A stretch of DNA of 64,000 nt, taken from Rhina ancylostomus. Taxonomy: Eukaryota. Numbering within the stretch: the first letter of the stretch is position 1; every line of letters starts with the position of its first letter. The stretch lies in the NCBI GenBank assembly GCA_030265395.1, contig JARFYF010000022.1, positions 18,473,944-18,537,943 of the forward strand, written 5' to 3'. A program made the translations under genes and the position numbers. This document shows, piece after piece, positions 1-13,674 of the stretch. The notes under the pieces are model-generated. The model was given only the letters and a program-made list of their open reading frames with translations. It ran no database searches and had not been told where the DNA came from.

Positions 1-1474
1 ATAAGAAATGCCCTATTTTGCTAAATGTTAATAAATAGTGAAGAAGTGGCACAAATTTAGCCAAAAATACAAATTGAAAATTAATACATAAATTCTCTAA
101 GTAATTTGCATTTAAAATTCCCCAACCTTTGCTTTGGTTTGTCAATTTCACCTACTTTATGCTGATACCCTTGTAGAAACAGTACCTTCCATATGTGAGT
201 GTGCATGCATCAGGTGAATTTGATCTCCGGCTGGGACCATCTTGCCCTGTATCTGCTGCTTCAAACCTGAACCACAGCTCTCAAATTTAGAGTAAATGAA
301 GTCTTTGCAGTTGGTGTCCAATTCACCAGACCATAAAGGATGAAATTTTGAACATAATCTGTAATCTTCCAAATTGATTGGGAGTGAAAGAAAAATACAG
401 GGATTATACCTATGATTTCCTGATCTATACCTATAAAGTACACATTAACTTCAAAACAAATTTGCATCAATACAGGCAATTTCATAATGGAATTTGTCAC
501 CTAGTATGTCATATCTTAATGGTGTGCTATTGCAGATTTAATCAGCAAGATATTTTAATGACTTTAGGTTGGATTTTGTTTTGAATGAACCCTTTAATGT
601 AGGTGTGAATTGTAATTAACTTCACCTGATAAATCTGTAAATTGTGTCAAAAGCTAAAGTGGATGAGATTTCCTTTCCCTGGAGCCTCACTCAGTTTTTC
701 TTCAGAGTCAGACTACTTCTGCACTATCCCCAAATTATCAGAGTCCACATACATTACTTTGTATACGGTGGATGGCTTCTTATAAAATTGTAATTGCACA
801 GCCTGTGATTTGAACCATTGAATTCAATAAAAAGAACTTACAGGAACTGCATCAAAGATTTTTACCTACAACATTCACAAAAAAAATTAAACCAAACTAG
901 CATTACAAGTGGTTTCATTTAGGACCAAAATTGTAAACTCAATTTAAGCTGAATAGTGCAGCTAAGAGATTCCTCAGAAGTGAAAATCTCAAACTGCTTG
1001 ACTACAGTATCAAATGGAATACAAGAATATGTTTGCAAATAAGTGTAAAACTGTGAATGTAAAAGTGCATATACTCTGTTAATTTAGCATTTGTTCAAGA
1101 CTAACATTAGTTCAAATAGTCTGAGTACAAAACCAGAGTAAGATTCCATCAAGGAGTCTTGCTCCATTTTGTTGCAATGTCAGCTCAGACTGATTTACTT
1201 AGGCTTCTGTTAAACTAACTGAAACATTCATTTGAAGCAAATGTAATTTTTATTGACGGTCAGATTCCATGAAAAAATGAAACTCTTCAAAAGCAGTTAT
1301 TTTAGTTTCACTTGAGCTTGACACCACACAGATCTGAAAGATAGACTTATCTGTAAAAGTAGCATTAGTGCAGTGAAACGTTGGCTCTGCATTGTAATAT
1401 TGTGTAATTGGAAACTGAAGTTACTGTCTGGGCTAACCTGATACTTGAATAAAATGGTGAAATCATATAGGAAT

Positions 1475-1670
1475 ACAAAATAAAACGGAAAATGTTGGAT
1501 TATGCAGTAAGTCGATCGGCATCTAAATCGGGAACAATATTTATTGCTTCAAGACCTTTCTTCATTGTTCTGAAATGTTAACTCTCTTTATCAGTCTACA
1601 GATGTGCCTGACCTACTGCATATTTCCAGCATTTTCTGTCTTTGCAGATGCTGGAAATCAAAAACAGAAT
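1475..1670. mobile_element. Decayed Penelope-associated fold-back (pLTR-like) element
   Basis: Arms resemble the copies at 32.3, 39.8 and 43.3 kb (acagatgtgcctgacctactgcatatttccagcattttctg; tgcagatgctggaaatc). Confidence 0.65.
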
Positions 1671-2814
1671 ATTTTATTACTGATTGAGAAAGGGCTTTTA
1701 GAGTCTTTGAGTTCATGTAATTGCTTTTGTAAACAGTTTTGATCTTATTTTGAAGAGTTACAGTGCATTTAAACTTGACATTTAAATTTCTAACATTTGG
1801 AAGACAATGTTGTTCCTTGGGCACTTCTAGATCACCATTCCTGTGAAGTATGAGACTAATAAGGTGCAAAAACTGTCTTGTTTCAGTAAGAGTAGCTATT
1901 GAAACAGGACTGGTTACAAGTATAAACAAATATTTCATGTTGTTATGAAATGATTAAAAGTCATTTAAAGCAAATTTGTCTCAGCTAATTTATTGCCAAT
2001 TATGATGGTGATTCATAAATTAACAACATTCCTTTAAACTCCTAAAGAATATTTTCTTGGGAGTTGTATGTATTTTTTCAATGTCTATTTTGGTTGACCA
2101 TCTTTTATAGCTATTATTTGTTTTTTTGTGCAAATAAAACTATTCTAACTATACTCACGTGAGTATATTTTCTAATTCAAAACAGATGTATGACACTAAA
2201 ATTTTAGGCATGTTAATTGTTGGGAATTAAAGTTAATATACAGTTGCATTGCCTAGGTTTCTCAGTCATTGTCCCATATGAAATCATCAAACATAAAATT
2301 ATAACTACTTTCATGTTTCACCACATTGCATTTTTTCAAAAAAAAAGTTTTACTCCAATCACCTTGGGAAATCTTAATCAGTCACCTCATGACCAAGGCT
2401 TTCAACAGGAAGTGGGCCACAATTTGATGCCACTTATACTATGCTGCAGTTTCTCTGTGGTTTTGAAACAGAAGCACCTTTGCAGACACACTAAATTGGG
2501 GATAAAGGGTATAGATATATTGTACAGAAATTGTGAAAACAGTTTTTTGAATCTTCAATAATATGACTGTTGATTTATTCNNNNNNNNNNNNNNNNNNNN
2601 NNNNNNNNNNNNNNNNNNNNNNNNNNNNNNNNNNNNNNNNNNNNNNNNNNNNNNNNNNNNNNNNNNNNNNNNNNNNNNNNNNNNNNNNNNNNNNNNNNNN
2701 NNNNNNNNNNNNNNNNNNNNNNNNNNNNNNNNNNNNNNNNNNNNNNNNNNNNNNNNNNNNNNNNNNNNNNNNNNNNNNNNNNNCTCTAATCCACTCAAAT
2801 AGAAAGAATTTAAT

Positions 2815-3160
2815 ATTTGGACATGATGTCTTTCACTCCAAGAGGTTTACAGCCAATTAAGTACTTTGAAGTGCAGTTGATTTTGCAATACAGAAAATTC
2901 AATTTGGGCGAAAGGTCCCACAAAGAGCAAGGTGATAATGAAAGATAAATAGTTGCAAGAGCATTCAGGAGAATTCCATTGCTTCATGGTTGGATTGTGC
3001 AATATTTTAGCCCAACTAAGTGGGAAGATGGAGTTTCAAGTCTCTCTCCGAAAAAAAATTGTATCTCTGATGTGGCAGTGGTCCACTAACTGAACCATCA
3101 GTCTAGACTTGTGTGAAGCCTCAAGAGCAGGACTTGAATCCAGACCCTTCCACATCATTG
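2815..3160 (-). mobile_element. Deu-type (SacSINE1-like) SINE, decayed
   Basis: tttacagccaattaagtactttgaagtgcagt...aaggtcccacaaagagcaaggtgataatga...ggacttgaatccagaccctt (reverse B-box); similar to copies at 11.4, 39.1 and 52.5 kb. Confidence 0.65.
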
Positions 3161-4166
3161 GTCATATGTTAAAGGTGATCATCATGTCATCATAAAATTG
3201 CATGTTTGAATAACAGAGTACAGTATGTACTCTTAATCCAAGCAATTATTACTGGAAAGGAATTTTAGATACCATATTAAAGTTTGCACAATGAAGCTCC
3301 AGCCTAACTTGTTCCATTATGTATTCAACTTTGTTTCTGAGTACATCTAGACTATGTTACTTCAGCTGTATATTAGTATACCACAACCTTTGTTAAGAAA
3401 ACAAAACCTATCAAAACTCTTCTAACCTTAAAAAAAAATCACTGCTGGTTTACTGATGGTAACCAGGCATTTAGATGTGCAATTAGCTAACAAACTAGTG
3501 GCTTTAAATGCCTTAGTTATGAGATTGAGAGTGTGGGGAGTCATATATGTTTTCTTTGCGGAAAGTCCTTCAATTGATGAACCTGGGGGAATGGATAAAT
3601 TGAAGCTTAATGTTTACTGATAGTTTTTTTTGTAATATATTTGTAATTTGCTACAAGTTCACATGCTACTTCAAATGCTATACATTGGAGACTTTGGGCA
3701 TTATCAAAACTAAAATTAAAATAAGCCACTTATAGTTTAGAACTTTGAATTGGTTAAGTATGAAATAAATAACATATGGGGCGGGACTATTAGTGCAGAA
3801 TAGATCTGATTTTATTCTACATCTGGTGAATGAAACTCTTGAAGCTGTCAGATTGGTAGTAACCATTCCCTAGCACAAATAGCCTCAGCCAGTGCAAAAT
3901 CCAAACTCTGTCATTCACAATAATTTGCTTCCTTCAACTCTGAAGAAGCTTCGGTTTTGCAAATTCCATCCTGTACAGATGATGAATTTTGGCATGCTGA
4001 TGTTTGAAGAGGAAATTCAATAGTTATTGTACCAGATGCAACATCATTTAACTTTGAAGCCAGTGCAGAATCAAACACATTAAAGCGAGAGGATAAAAAG
4101 GTAATATTTCAGCACTTCACAGAATTGAAGTGATTTATTAAATGGAGTTAAGAGGCATTCACCCTA

Positions 4167-4418
<252 letters not shown>

Positions 4419-7400
4419 CTAAGGCCAATGGAAGAAGGGATGTAATTTCCATTTGCTACAGGATACACGCAGACGGGAGATTGCAAGCACTGCCATCCCT
4501 AAACTATACTTAAATCTGGGAACTTTACTTTGAAACAAGCATTGTTCTACATCACATTAAATTTGACAAGCAGAAAATCTGCTTTAAAAAAAGATTGGTT
4601 AAAGTCTTAACCGAACTGTCCAGCGTTGCCACAGTTAAATCCGTAAATATAACAAACGGCTTCAAATTCAATATACTTCAAGTGACTCCTGTTAAGGTCG
4701 CTATTTTTTAAATTATGAATTATGAATAAAGTAAATTGTCATCTTGTTTTAAAATAAATCTGGTTAGACGCTAAATAATTTTCAATGATGACAGTTTGAT
4801 AAGGTTGCAATTTTCAAGTAGAATTGGTAAAAAGGTTAACAGTCACATCAATTAACAGTTTTTTTTACCCACTTGTAATTATCAAAAGCCTTTAAGGTGG
4901 AGAAAACATCCCAATGCACTTCAGGATTGAGAAATAAGTGGATACCATTGAAGGGCTGACTTCAGCGGACTATTACATGGGGGCCGGGTACAGGTTAATT
5001 TCCTCAGTTGCTTTGCCTCGCACACTTTAACATGAAAGATGTTGCCTTTGAAGTAACTCTATTAAGTCAGTCGCCGACGAGAACATTTCACTGCAAGATG
5101 GCTACAATATCCGTTTACTTTCACAATCACTTAATCTTCGGCCTGCTTAATGGAGATGGCCCTGATAACTCCGGTAATCAAATCTATCACCGCACGTATT
5201 AGAATGGCGATACAATTAATTTACAACAGGAATAAAGACAAATGGAAGTGTACGAGGTTTGCTTACTAGCAACCGTTAGCTTGATAAATATCGAGCTGCA
5301 TACTAGGTGAATCTGGAACATGCAATAATCAGCACTGTCGACTCCACCGATCATAGTCCTGCTTGTCAATTTTATTGCGTGGAAAACTAAGACCGAGAAA
5401 CCTGTTTCTACATTTTTCCCCTGAATAGCGCAACCTCCAGTAAGTGAACTGTTGCATTTTTTTTCTGGAGAGGGGGTGGATTGGTGGAAAGATCTGCAGC
5501 AAGTTATAAACTGGGCCCTGGCATTGTATCTGGATACGTAGAATAGTGCAGTGTAGCAATTTCTGCAAACCTTGTATACCTTCAAATTGATACCATGTTG
5601 AGCATTATCCTTTCTGTTAGCTCATGTCTACGTTATTTAGAACCCGAATTTAACTGCCCTTCAATGAACTTCCTCATTCGAAAATCAAAACAGGAAAAAA
5701 ACATAAATTTCTCGAGCTTTAAAATATACACGTTTCGGATTTGCAGCGATTAAAGGACAATTCAGTGTTATTCTACTAAAGGTGGTGTAGCAAAGAATGC
5801 GTTACACATCTCAGTGAATGATTTGAGGCGTTGTACTTTTGAGTTGCATTAAGGTTACATAGTGAATGTCTGCTTCAGTGGATAATCAACACAGTCCTTG
5901 ATTTTGATTCGGATTGTGATTGTCCCGCAGTGCCAATAGATTCGAGTAGAAATCCAAGGCTTGAGACTCAACGCGTGCTCGTTTTTTTTTACTTTTATGC
6001 ATTAAAAAGCAACAGGGTAAAAGAAACTGCTCCAGTGAGATCTCGTTCTCGGTTTGATTAGAAATTGTGAAAGTTTAGATGGTTTTAGAACGAGGAAAGA
6101 TATTCAAAAAGAGAACCCATGAAACAGAAGACTGAAAGCAGATACCTTTTATCTCTAAAACGATCGGAAACACGAGCACTTGATGGGAAAGTCTTAAGCT
6201 GCAGTATGTTTTCATTGCATGTTTAATTTCCTGCCTTGACTTCCCTTAATTCCCGCGTTTTGATGGAGTTCTATATATATGGGCCTTCACTCCGTTTCAT
6301 TATTACAACTTACGCAAACAGATCAGCACAGTGTTCCAGTGTTCGGGCGAACTGGTGTCTGTGGAAAAGGGACTTGTTTGTTTTCAAAAGCATTTATGGG
6401 GCTAAATGAAAATGAGAAAACTTTGTAGGGCGCACATTTAGTAAAAACAAATGCTTATCGTTGCAAAGTCTGTGAGAGTAGATGGATTTTTATCTAAATT
6501 GAATATCGTCTACAATTTGAGACGAGTTTCATAGAAAGAGAAGCGAACATAAAGCGAATGCGATGGCAATAACAATTGTAAATAGAAGCGCAAGTTTATA
6601 TATAGCGTTGTTTTTTAATTCCGGGGAGTGAATGAAGCGAAATTATAATTGGGAAGATTCTTAATGATGGTTGCTAAGATTCACATAAATGCGAATTGCC
6701 CCAAGTTTCTGCGGAAAATCCCTCCCCCTCCCCAGTCACCAGCCGTGCTATCCTTCTATTGGTTTGAAAAGTCGTAACTCTACTGATACTGTCTGCAGTG
6801 CCGAGAAGTCTCAGTTCCGCACCAGGAGCGGGTCCATCTGCTGTCAGATTCAATTTAGATCCTTTTCCAACCCAACACAACGTGACCCAAGGAGCTTGTA
6901 ATCCCACTTAACATTTACATTCATATATATATAAATCGCTTTTATCATTGACTCCCTGTGAATGTGAAAACATTGGCGCTCAACTTTACACATTTCGCAT
7001 AAACTAACGTCTATTGTTACAGTGCAGACTAATCTTCTTGGGTCCTTTCTACGCATGAAGCACGTTGCAATAACTCAAATACAACATTGGAATATTGTTT
7101 AAAAAGCTAATTGAAGGGCTGATATACTGTACACTTCTCGGGTTACTATTATAAATGCAAACGCTATATTGCTTGCGGTAGGGTTTTATTTTTGAACAGA
7201 AAGCTTCCGTGACGATCTATTGAAACTTAATGGTAAGTCTGTAATACTGACGAAATTCAGTAGGAGAGACTGTTTTGAAGACGTTGAAAGACCTGATAAA
7301 AACTGGCCACACTGAACCTTCCTTAAATCTCAACGCCTGTTTCTGTTTTATTTTAACTGAAATGTGCATAGAATGCCATTCCCTCAATAGCAATAGGAAA

Positions 7401-7807
7401 ATGCTGCATAAATACAACCAGTCCGTTTTCCATAATGTACTACAGTTTATCCTTAAGCAATGTGCTGGATGTTATTTCATGGATTCTGCGCAATGAACAA
7501 TTTAAAATCGTATATGAAATTGTTTGAACCGTTTGAACATTAACCCTAATCGGACCACGAATCACTTGGACTAACTGCGGGCAATTTATCCCATCCGATG
7601 TGGAGGACGGTTTAATAGGAAGCTGCAGTGTTTCCTCTGAGACTCTGAGTAAATAAATGGAATTTGAAGTTCTCATAAGGTTTGTTCTTTGATATGTTTT
7701 TCGTGTGTTACTGATATCCCTCAAATCACTAGGATAGTGTTGCTTGCATTATTGCTAAACGCTAGTCCCCATTCCCCCATTTGTTTTTATCGTCGCTCAC
7801 TCTTTAC

Positions 7808-8106
7808 CTGCACTCGGGCTTCTGTCAGGTCAGTTCTCAGTGCGAGCTGTTCCCTGGCATAAACATCGGGGTAATGAGTCTTTTGGAAAACCTTTTCCAG
7901 TTCCTCCAGCTGGTAACTGGTGAAGGTGGTTCTGTTCCTACGTTTCTTGCCCTTGTTGCTGTCGTTGTCGCCTTTCTCCATGGCACTGGGCAGCTCGTTG
8001 TTGGCTCCTTTCATTGCTGCCTCTTTAACGCTGAGGTAGGGGCTCTCCATCACTGCAGGGTCTGAGCTCTGGGGCAACTCCGACTCTCCCAGTGGGCTGT
8101 CTTTAG
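7808..8106 (-). CDS. ALX4: ALX4 coding exon 2 (299 bp), homeodomain residues 1-46
   Basis: Acceptor ttgtttttgttcag|CT completes the phase-1 codon (A). Translates [16 protein letters not shown]...[51 protein letters not shown]. Donor CAG|GTAAAG. TFTSYQ is diagnostic of ALX4 versus ALX1/ALX3. Confidence 0.97.
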
Positions 8107-11100
8107 CTGAACAAAAACAAGAGCAGAATTAAAGGAAACATTTGATATATCTTTACGACTAAAATACACTCTTTAGTAATCCTCTCATCCCTTAATCTTT
8201 TGGAGTATTGAATTACATTCCTACCTAAAACGAATATTGCTGCCAAACGGTCTTTACTAGAACAAATATAACGGCTAATTTCCAATATTTGTTAAAATGC
8301 CACCAACCATTAAATCTAATGCACTAAAAGTCGGAACCTCGTCAGAAAATGTTATACAAAAATGAAAAAGAGGATTAACAACCAATGATTTACAACCTTG
8401 AATTGTCTCCACCCAATACATTCCTTTTCTTCCCTCTAAAAATCTTAATTTAGATATTCGTGAAAATGGCGCCAGTTTTGTTTAGTGCCAGTATATTTTA
8501 CCAATATGATCGCTTGCTGCCGAATGATCGTTTAAAGTAGCCGTTTATTGCAATGTTATCAATCCCACATTCATACCTTTTGCTCTATTTGTATATATTT
8601 TTAGAAATGACTAGACGGAGAAACTATTTTACTTGGCTCTTCTTGTGTCCCACTACCTGAATCTGTGCTAATTAATGGTCTGAACTCGGAGAAATTAAGA
8701 CTTAGATAAACTTTTTACATTTACAAGTAAAACAGTAATACATGCCTTTCGGTAATTTATATTTAAAATAGTTATCGAAAAATATCAATTGAATACTTAA
8801 TGCTACCTTCCCATAGAGGTTTGTACATATTTTATCCACATACAATTTGATTTATAATTTTACACAATTGTGTTACGTAGCGCTGCTTTTGGCTAATGCA
8901 AATTTAAAACGGGAAGATAACAAGCAAATTATCGAGCCGCAGTGTTCGAAGAATTATTCGAAAGAACTTTAAAATAAGTCTCATTAAGAAAAGAAACGTG
9001 CGCGTGTTTATCTGTAGGTAAGTAGCCAGCTCTAAAATTGTTCGGTGTCATAGTACTGAGATTAAGACGGCCGTCTTCTGGATACTGTGTCTTTGTATCT
9101 AAACTAATTCGATATTCCCCGATTCTTCGGTGTCTGTGGGAATTCTAAGGTTTCCTACAAACATCGGTTAAGGGCTCATGTTAATCGATCATGATCATGT
9201 TCCAGGTATACTGCTTCCTTAGAAGTATGTGTTATTGCTGAATCCCTTAATCAAATATTGAATTTTATGTTGGTAACCTTTCCAAGAAAATTTCCCAAAA
9301 TTCCACATTCCAACTGGCATGGAAATAGAGGATAAAGTTCCGACGTTCTCTTCCGTCACCACCACGGCGACCCCTCTCGCCTGCCACACACCCCTAACAC
9401 CCTGACTTCATTCAACAAAAAAAAGTAACTCATCTTTCTACGCAGCCTAAGCTTCTTCGTGAACAAACATGAGGAACTTTTGGCAGTGGTTGGATATTTC
9501 CATCTGATCCGAATTGACAGCATGCGACATTTATACGCCCTTGTTCGGATGTTTACTTCGAAAAATAACAACTGGGAAACTTAGTATTTTCTCATCGGGA
9601 TTTATTTAGATTGTTGTTCCGATTAAAGGAGCGCCCATATGTAAACGTAATCTTCATAAATGTGGCAAACAAAGGAAATACAGTTGCAGCGGGAATGTGA
9701 TGTGGCCATAACTTTTAAGATGTACTATGCAACTACAATAGAGATCCAAGACTTCACAGCACTCATACTCCTAAACCACGGCAATGATAATTATGTGTCA
9801 GTCATGTACTAAAGGCATTACAGTCTTGAGTGGATGGCTTGGCCTTCGGGGCACAAGTTCGGTCAGCAGGATCCCAGCTATGTCTTCTGCGCTTGGATTC
9901 CAAAACTAGCGTGGGCCTTCTAGAGTATCAGTGCATGGGAAATAATGCAACTTGGCATTAGGCAATTTTATATTACGTAAGGTATAAAAATTCATTGTTC
10001 ACTTGACGTCCATCAATGTCGATTGAACTCTCCACATATCCCGTCCCTTCCAAATCAATACATGCGTTGCCATTTTGCAGAGAAGGTACCTCCAGCGTCT
10101 TTTGCCTACTGCAGCCCTTACTGCAGAGAAATAGCACAATTCAACCAGTTGAAGATTAATATGTGTTTTCTTTGACCTGCCTTTAATTACGGATTAAATA
10201 AAAACACACATTGGTAGACATTCATCAATTACAAATTCCGCATTTTGATAGGAAGAGTCGATGAGGTGCAACTTCTTTCAACTTTCCAGTTATATTTGCA
10301 TCATTAGGGAAAGCGAGAAAAAAGAGTGAAAGGAAAAAATGATTTGACATTTTCCTACTTGACAATATCTGTCAAACCTATCTGAATGCATTGATGTTGT
10401 TTACCAAATAACGTCATTTCCTGCTAAACCCCGACTGTTTCCTAACTAGTTTGGACGATGTATCTGCTACAGGAGGGCTGCTGGGCGACTCTGACGGGCG
10501 TCTCGCACCCCCAACCCGCCACCACATACCTCAAACCCCTCATGGCAAGATGTTGTGAAGTAGTTCATTATTTCAAATAACCTTCCGCATCCAGTAAATG
10601 AAGAGAACAGTTTCTGATGTTCACTGTTAGATATATGTTTCAGCACAAGCTTTCAAAATCCGCCCGCGGGCCACTTAACATTCCGTATTTCAGCAGGCAG
10701 GCGAGTTTTTGTCGTGGAAACTCGTAACGGACGGCGAGTCTGCCACAATTTATACTGCTTTTGCTGCTGACACAATATGCACTTAACGATACAAGTAAAC
10801 ATTGCCTCCTGAAATACGTAAGGCCGTGTATCTTTATTTCAAATTGATTCTATCTTGTCTGATTATATGTTTCACTTTCTTTAGAAACAATTTGCATCAC
10901 GATCATTGATTGTGGAAGGCAGCTGGTTCTCTACATAAGATCAGATTTCTTTATTAGTCACATGTAGCGAGCATCTTACACAATCGACTGTAGCCTGTAA
11001 TTTTCAATGGTTAATATGGGATAATGTAGCGTCATAATGAAAAGAAGGAAAGTTACTTTAATTTCCCTTAAGACATGCACACAGCTGTTTTACAGTGCCA

Positions 11101-11374
11101 TAATTTGGATTGTTCAAAAACCTTCATTATTTCCTTGGACACTGGGCTTGTCTTATCTCGACAGCGAGGAAGTGGGTGCATTTAACTGTTTGGGCTATCT
11201 TATACAGTGGGATTTTTAAAAAAATCTTGAGGAAAATTGTTATCCGTCCAGTAGGAAAAGCGGGGAGCAAATCATTATCCCAGGTTTTCGTTTGCGGTTC
11301 GTGAATTTCTAACGCAATGTCTGCCTCGGACATTGCACGAATCTGGCTTCTTGGATCATTGTGAATAGCAAGAC

Positions 11375-11505
11375 TCTCACTTAACGCCTTTCACGACCTC
11401 GGAACGTCCTAAAGGCTTCACAACCAATGAAGCACTTTCGAAGTGCACTCATATTTGCCATGTAGGAGGCACTAGACAAACTGATTGCAAAAGAACAAGG
11501 TCCAA
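11375..11505 (-). mobile_element. Deu-type (SacSINE1-like) SINE 3' fragment
   Basis: aacgcctttcacgacctcggaacgtcctaaaggcttcacaaccaatgaagcactttcgaagtg; same family as the 2.8 kb copy. Confidence 0.65.
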
Positions 11506-12100
11506 CCCACCTACCCCTCCTATCGCAGACTGACCGACTTCTGTATCTTCAGGACAAGGATCGCTCTTACCTTCCAGCCTCTACGATAATGCGCATTGAA
11601 AAATCAAGGCAGATTTCCACGGTGGAGTTTCTACAGTTGATCGGCTCAACAAACAAAAATGTCCCTTTTTTGTGCGAAAAGGATGTGAACGAGAGAGAAC
11701 CCAGTCCAAAGCGAGCAGGAGTGACAATGTGTGTTTTATCAGCGTTTTTTCTCAGTGAAAGTGGTGTCGGGAACTCGCTCACCGCTCAGCCTATGATTTA
11801 AGGAGCGGAAAATGCCAAGAGAAAATGCGTCATTATCCCATGTGTCCTCAATCTCCCCAAAGAAACCTACTCCGAGGACGTGCAGCGCGGAGCCGCTCCC
11901 AGTACTTCACTCTCACACACAATCATTCAAAAGATTTTACAATGAAAACTTGATTTGTAGGCGGGTTTCAAAGATAGCACCAAACGAAAGCCAGTCGGCT
12001 TTTATGCAGATAATGTAAATGGCTCGCATTCTGCAGTAGGGGTGGATCGAGATTTGCCAACCCGTTCTTTAGCCTGCGTTCATCCACTTCTAATTGAAAA

Positions 12101-12125
12101 TCACTGCAAATATTCCACAGCCTGT

Positions 12126-12197
<72 letters not shown>

Positions 12198-12318
12198 NNN
12201 NNNNNNNNNNNNNNNNNNNNNNNNNNNNNNNNNNNNNNNNNNNNNNNNNNNNNNNNNNNNNNNNNNNNNNNNNNNNNNNNNNNNNNNNNNNNNNNNNTCA
12301 CTGCAAATATTCCACAGC
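12101..12318. other. Assembly artefact: 72-nt poly-G plus N gap flanked by a 21-bp duplicate
   Basis: G run 12126-12197 runs into N 12198-12297; tcactgcaaatattccacagc occurs at 12101-12121 and 12298-12318. Confidence 0.8.
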
Positions 12319-13674
12319 ATGTGAGCCCACCCCCCACCCCCCCACCATATTACTGGTAGGAATTTGGGTTGTTACAACCTCACCCAGTACCATGAATGGT
12401 ACAAAGTGATCAACCCAATTACAATGTGGAGATAATTTAGAGTGCCTTGTGAGGAGCTTCACCGTAGTGTAAACCGATATACTTGTAGTGGATTTTGGAA
12501 CTATTGCATTCATGTGGATTTGCCTTGAGGGTGTATTTGTTGTAAAGGTTTTGTCGTTAACCGTAATAAAATTGTGGAAACTATTCTTCGACTGCCTTTC
12601 GAATACAACTGTTCAAAAACACAGAAGAATTTGCGGCATATTCCCGAAATATTTTTAAAATGATTCAAGTTTTGATTCTGATTTATGTGCAACAGAAAGG
12701 TACAAACATCTGCTCACGGACTGCACCTATACAAACACAATACATCATTTTAAATGTCTTCAAAACAGAGACTAAGCATTTGAACGTAACCAGTTATTTT
12801 GTTGGAACGGCGTTGGCCCATATTTCCTTACTATAATTCAGGCAAATTGGTTCTATTGCACTCTGCTTTGGTGTTGTAAGTTAAACCGTGGACTGAAATC
12901 TAAATTTGTAGCGTTTTGCTTCAGAAACATTTTTGCCATCTATTCAATGGATTTAAAATTTTGCAAGTGTAATCTTAAACTGTCATAGTACACACTGGGA
13001 TTATACCAAAGTAAGCATAATTCCGATCATATCAGCAGGTTTTTGCTGTTCCTTGAAGATGTCAACCGGGTGCTCGTAGAGCAGAGTTATACACAATCAT
13101 CTTGTTGGCTTTGTTTTAGCATAGGAGCGTTAAGATGGAAGCGGTCTATTTCATCTCACTTTGAAACAGATGTTTAGAGTTCCCAATGCACTGGAGAGCC
13201 AGCTGACCAGGGCTCCATATGTAGACATTATATGTGGCGTCAGAAACGCTCATGGTGTCACAAGGAAATTAAAGTAATTTTTCTTCTTTTCGTTTTGGTG
13301 CTACGGTATTCCATATTATTCATTGAAGATTGAAGGTCAGAGTAAGTGTATGTAAGAAAACATACGATGCTCTGTTGAAACAGAGGTTTGGTGCTCCCAC
13401 GAGATCTGGGAACCACCCGGACTCATTGAAATTGGACTTTGTTAGGAGTCAGACTCGCAGTACAGCAGAGGGATATCACCTACTGAAGAAGGAATAAGAC
13501 ATCCGTAAGGGCGTCTATCGCAGCACTATAAAAGTTTTTGACTCCACACATGAAGATTACATGTGAAATCGCAGTCAGCTGGTTCTCCCATACTTTGAGA
13601 ACTTGGAAGAGTTTCTTCAGCTCCCAGGACCTAATTGCAGACTCCCAGATTATGCGCTACCTGGACCTCTTTGC

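Noticed and set aside
157-252. Possible ALX4 terminal exon (cagcag|ATA CAG gives IQGKMVPAGDQIHLMHAHSH...)
   Set aside because: It starts IQ like the true exon 4 (IQNPSW...), but there is no polypyrimidine tract, no further similarity and no OAR motif. The real exon 4 is probably left of the window.
2150-2167. 18-bp perfect palindrome tatactcacgtgagtata centred on an E-box
   Set aside because: With 9-bp arms, roughly 0.2 or more are expected by chance in 64 kb of AT-rich DNA; no other support.
12126-12197. 72-nt poly-G as a G-quadruplex or poly-Gly/Pro ORF
   Set aside because: It abuts an N gap and is flanked by a 21-bp duplicate, typical of a two-colour sequencing or scaffolding artefact.
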